Shown here: positions 1 to 380 of the stretch, in pieces
Numbering within the stretch: position 1 is the first letter of the stretch
Layout of the letters: every line of letters starts with the position of its first letter
Origin: Escherichia coli
Lineage (GTDB): Bacteria > Pseudomonadota > Gammaproteobacteria > Enterobacterales > Enterobacteriaceae
Reading direction: 5' to 3' (one strand)
Length of the DNA: 380 bases
NCBI RefSeq assembly: GCF_003334255.1
Contig: NZ_QOWU01000252.1
Notes under the pieces: model-generated
Seen by the model: only the letters and a program-made list of their open reading frames with translations
Databases searched by the model: none
Told to the model about the DNA's origin: nothing
Made by a program: the position numbers and the translations under genes

Positions 1-7
1 GGTGGTG
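1..7 (+). promoter_or_regulatory. Possible Shine-Dalgarno-like element for L, embedded in the 3' end of the upstream gene
   Basis: The purine-rich GGTGGTG at 1-7 lies about 5-7 nt upstream of ATG 13. It is only a partial match to the AGGAGG consensus. Initiation of L may instead, or additionally, rely on translational coupling through the TGATG stop/start overlap. Confidence 0.3.
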
Positions 8-13
8 AACTGA
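1..13 (+). CDS. M: 3' terminus of upstream CDS, probably phage minor tail protein M (partial; 5' end outside window)
   Basis: In frame 2 (codons 2-4, 5-7, 8-10) the sequence gtg gtg aac reads V-V-N, followed by TGA at 11-13. As I recall it, lambda gpM ends ...EQVVN, and in lambda M lies immediately upstream of L. Only three codons are visible, so the call rests mainly on synteny with the confidently identified L gene downstream. Confidence 0.5.
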
Positions 14-380
14 TGCAGGATATTCACGAAGAAAGTCTGAACGAGTCGGTTAAGTCAGAGCAGTCACCGCGGGTGGTACTCTGGGAAATCGACCTGACGG
101 TGCAGGGCGGTGAGCGGTATTTTTTCTGCAATGAGCTGAATGAAAAAGGGGAGCCGGTGACCTGGCAGGGGCGTGAATATCAGGCGTACCCGATTGAGGG
201 GAGTGGCTTTGAGATGAACGGGAAGGGCAGCAGTGCCAGACCATCGCTGACGGTGTCCAATCTGTTTGGTCTGGTCACCGGGATGGCGGAAGACCTGCAG
301 AGTCTGGTGGGGGCCACGGTGGTCCGCCGCCGGGTGTATGCCCGTTTTCTGGATGCGGTGAATTTCGTTGCGGGCAATCC
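13..380 (+). CDS. L: Phage minor tail protein L, lambda gpL family (tail tip assembly); 5' end complete, 3' end beyond window
   Basis: ATG at 13-15, then an uninterrupted frame-1 reading frame to the window edge. Translation: MQDIHEESLNESVKSEQSPRVVLWEIDLTVQGGERYFFCNELNEKGEPVTWQGREYQAYPIEGSGFEMNGKGSSARPSLTVSNLFGLVTGMAEDLQSLVGATVVRRRVYARFLDAVNFVAGN. This aligns without gaps to the N-terminus of lambda gpL as I recall it (MQDIRQETLNE...VVLWEIDLT..GGERYFFCNE.NEKGEPVTWQGR.YQ.YPI.GSGFE.NGKG...RP.LTVSNL.G.VTGMAEDMQSLVG.TVVRR.VYARFLDAVNFV.GN). The many conservative substitutions indicate a lambdoid homolog, not lambda itself. No in-frame stop occurs in the window. Confidence 0.9.
   Translation, partial: MQDIHEESLNESVKSEQSPRVVLWEIDLTVQGGERYFFCNELNEKGEPVTWQGREYQAYPIEGSGFEMNGKGSSARPSLTVSNLFGLVTGMAEDLQSLVGATVVRRRVYARFLDAVNFVAGN

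Noticed and set aside
127-129. Cysteine in the YFFCNE motif as a possible Fe-S cluster ligand
   Set aside because: As I recall, the cysteine cluster associated with gpL is in the C-terminal region, which lies outside this window. A single N-terminal Cys cannot support that inference here.
118-152. Homopolymer runs (T6 at 120-125; A5 then G4 at 144-152) as possible programmed frameshift or slippage sites
   Set aside because: Both runs are read straight through in frame 1 and encode conserved gpL residues (YFF and NEKGE). The known lambda tail frameshift is in the G/G-T genes, not in L, and there is no alternative open frame or downstream structure to support recoding.
50-244. Minus-strand 64-aa ORF from the track (MVWHCCPSRSSQSHSPQSGTPDIHAPARSPAPLF...)
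   Set aside because: It lies fully antisense to the confidently identified L gene. Its composition is low-complexity and rich in Pro, Ser, Arg and Ala, as expected from the reverse complement of a GC-rich coding frame, and I recognise no protein family in it.
303-310. Chi-like octamer TCTGGTGG, a 7 of 8 match to the E. coli Chi site GCTGGTGG
   Set aside because: It is a single-mismatch near-match only. GGTG-containing motifs recur throughout this GC-rich coding sequence (for example cggtg at several positions), so a 7/8 match is plausibly chance. There is no evidence of function from sequence alone.
180-377. Minus-strand 65-aa ORF from the track (MPATKFTASRKRAYTRRRTTVAPTRLCRSS...)
   Set aside because: Same reasoning as the other minus-strand ORF: an Arg/Thr/Pro-rich antisense shadow within the L gene, overlapping the first one in a different frame. 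It is very unlikely to be a real gene.
1-380. Possibility that the window contains a novel defence or other undescribed system, as the prompt suggests
   Set aside because: The whole window is accounted for by the end of one gene and the start of L, both well-characterised lambdoid tail genes. There is no unexplained intergenic space, repeat array or unrecognised ORF.

Overview
This window is the 5' portion of a lambda-like phage minor tail (tail tip) protein L gene on the + strand, preceded by the last few codons of the upstream gene, which is probably minor tail protein M. I see no evidence of a novel or undescribed system here: it reads as an ordinary lambdoid phage or prophage tail-assembly module of an enterobacterial type. 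The L gene starts at ATG 13-15 and runs open in frame 1 past position 380, so its 3' end lies outside the window. The upstream gene ends with a TGA at 11-13 that overlaps the L start codon by one base (TGATG). Both ORFs in the supplied track are on the minus strand and are best explained as antisense shadows of the L reading frame; the track misses the real gene because it has no stop codon inside the window. The protein match is from my recollection of lambda gpL, not from a database search, and GC content is about 58% by hand count.
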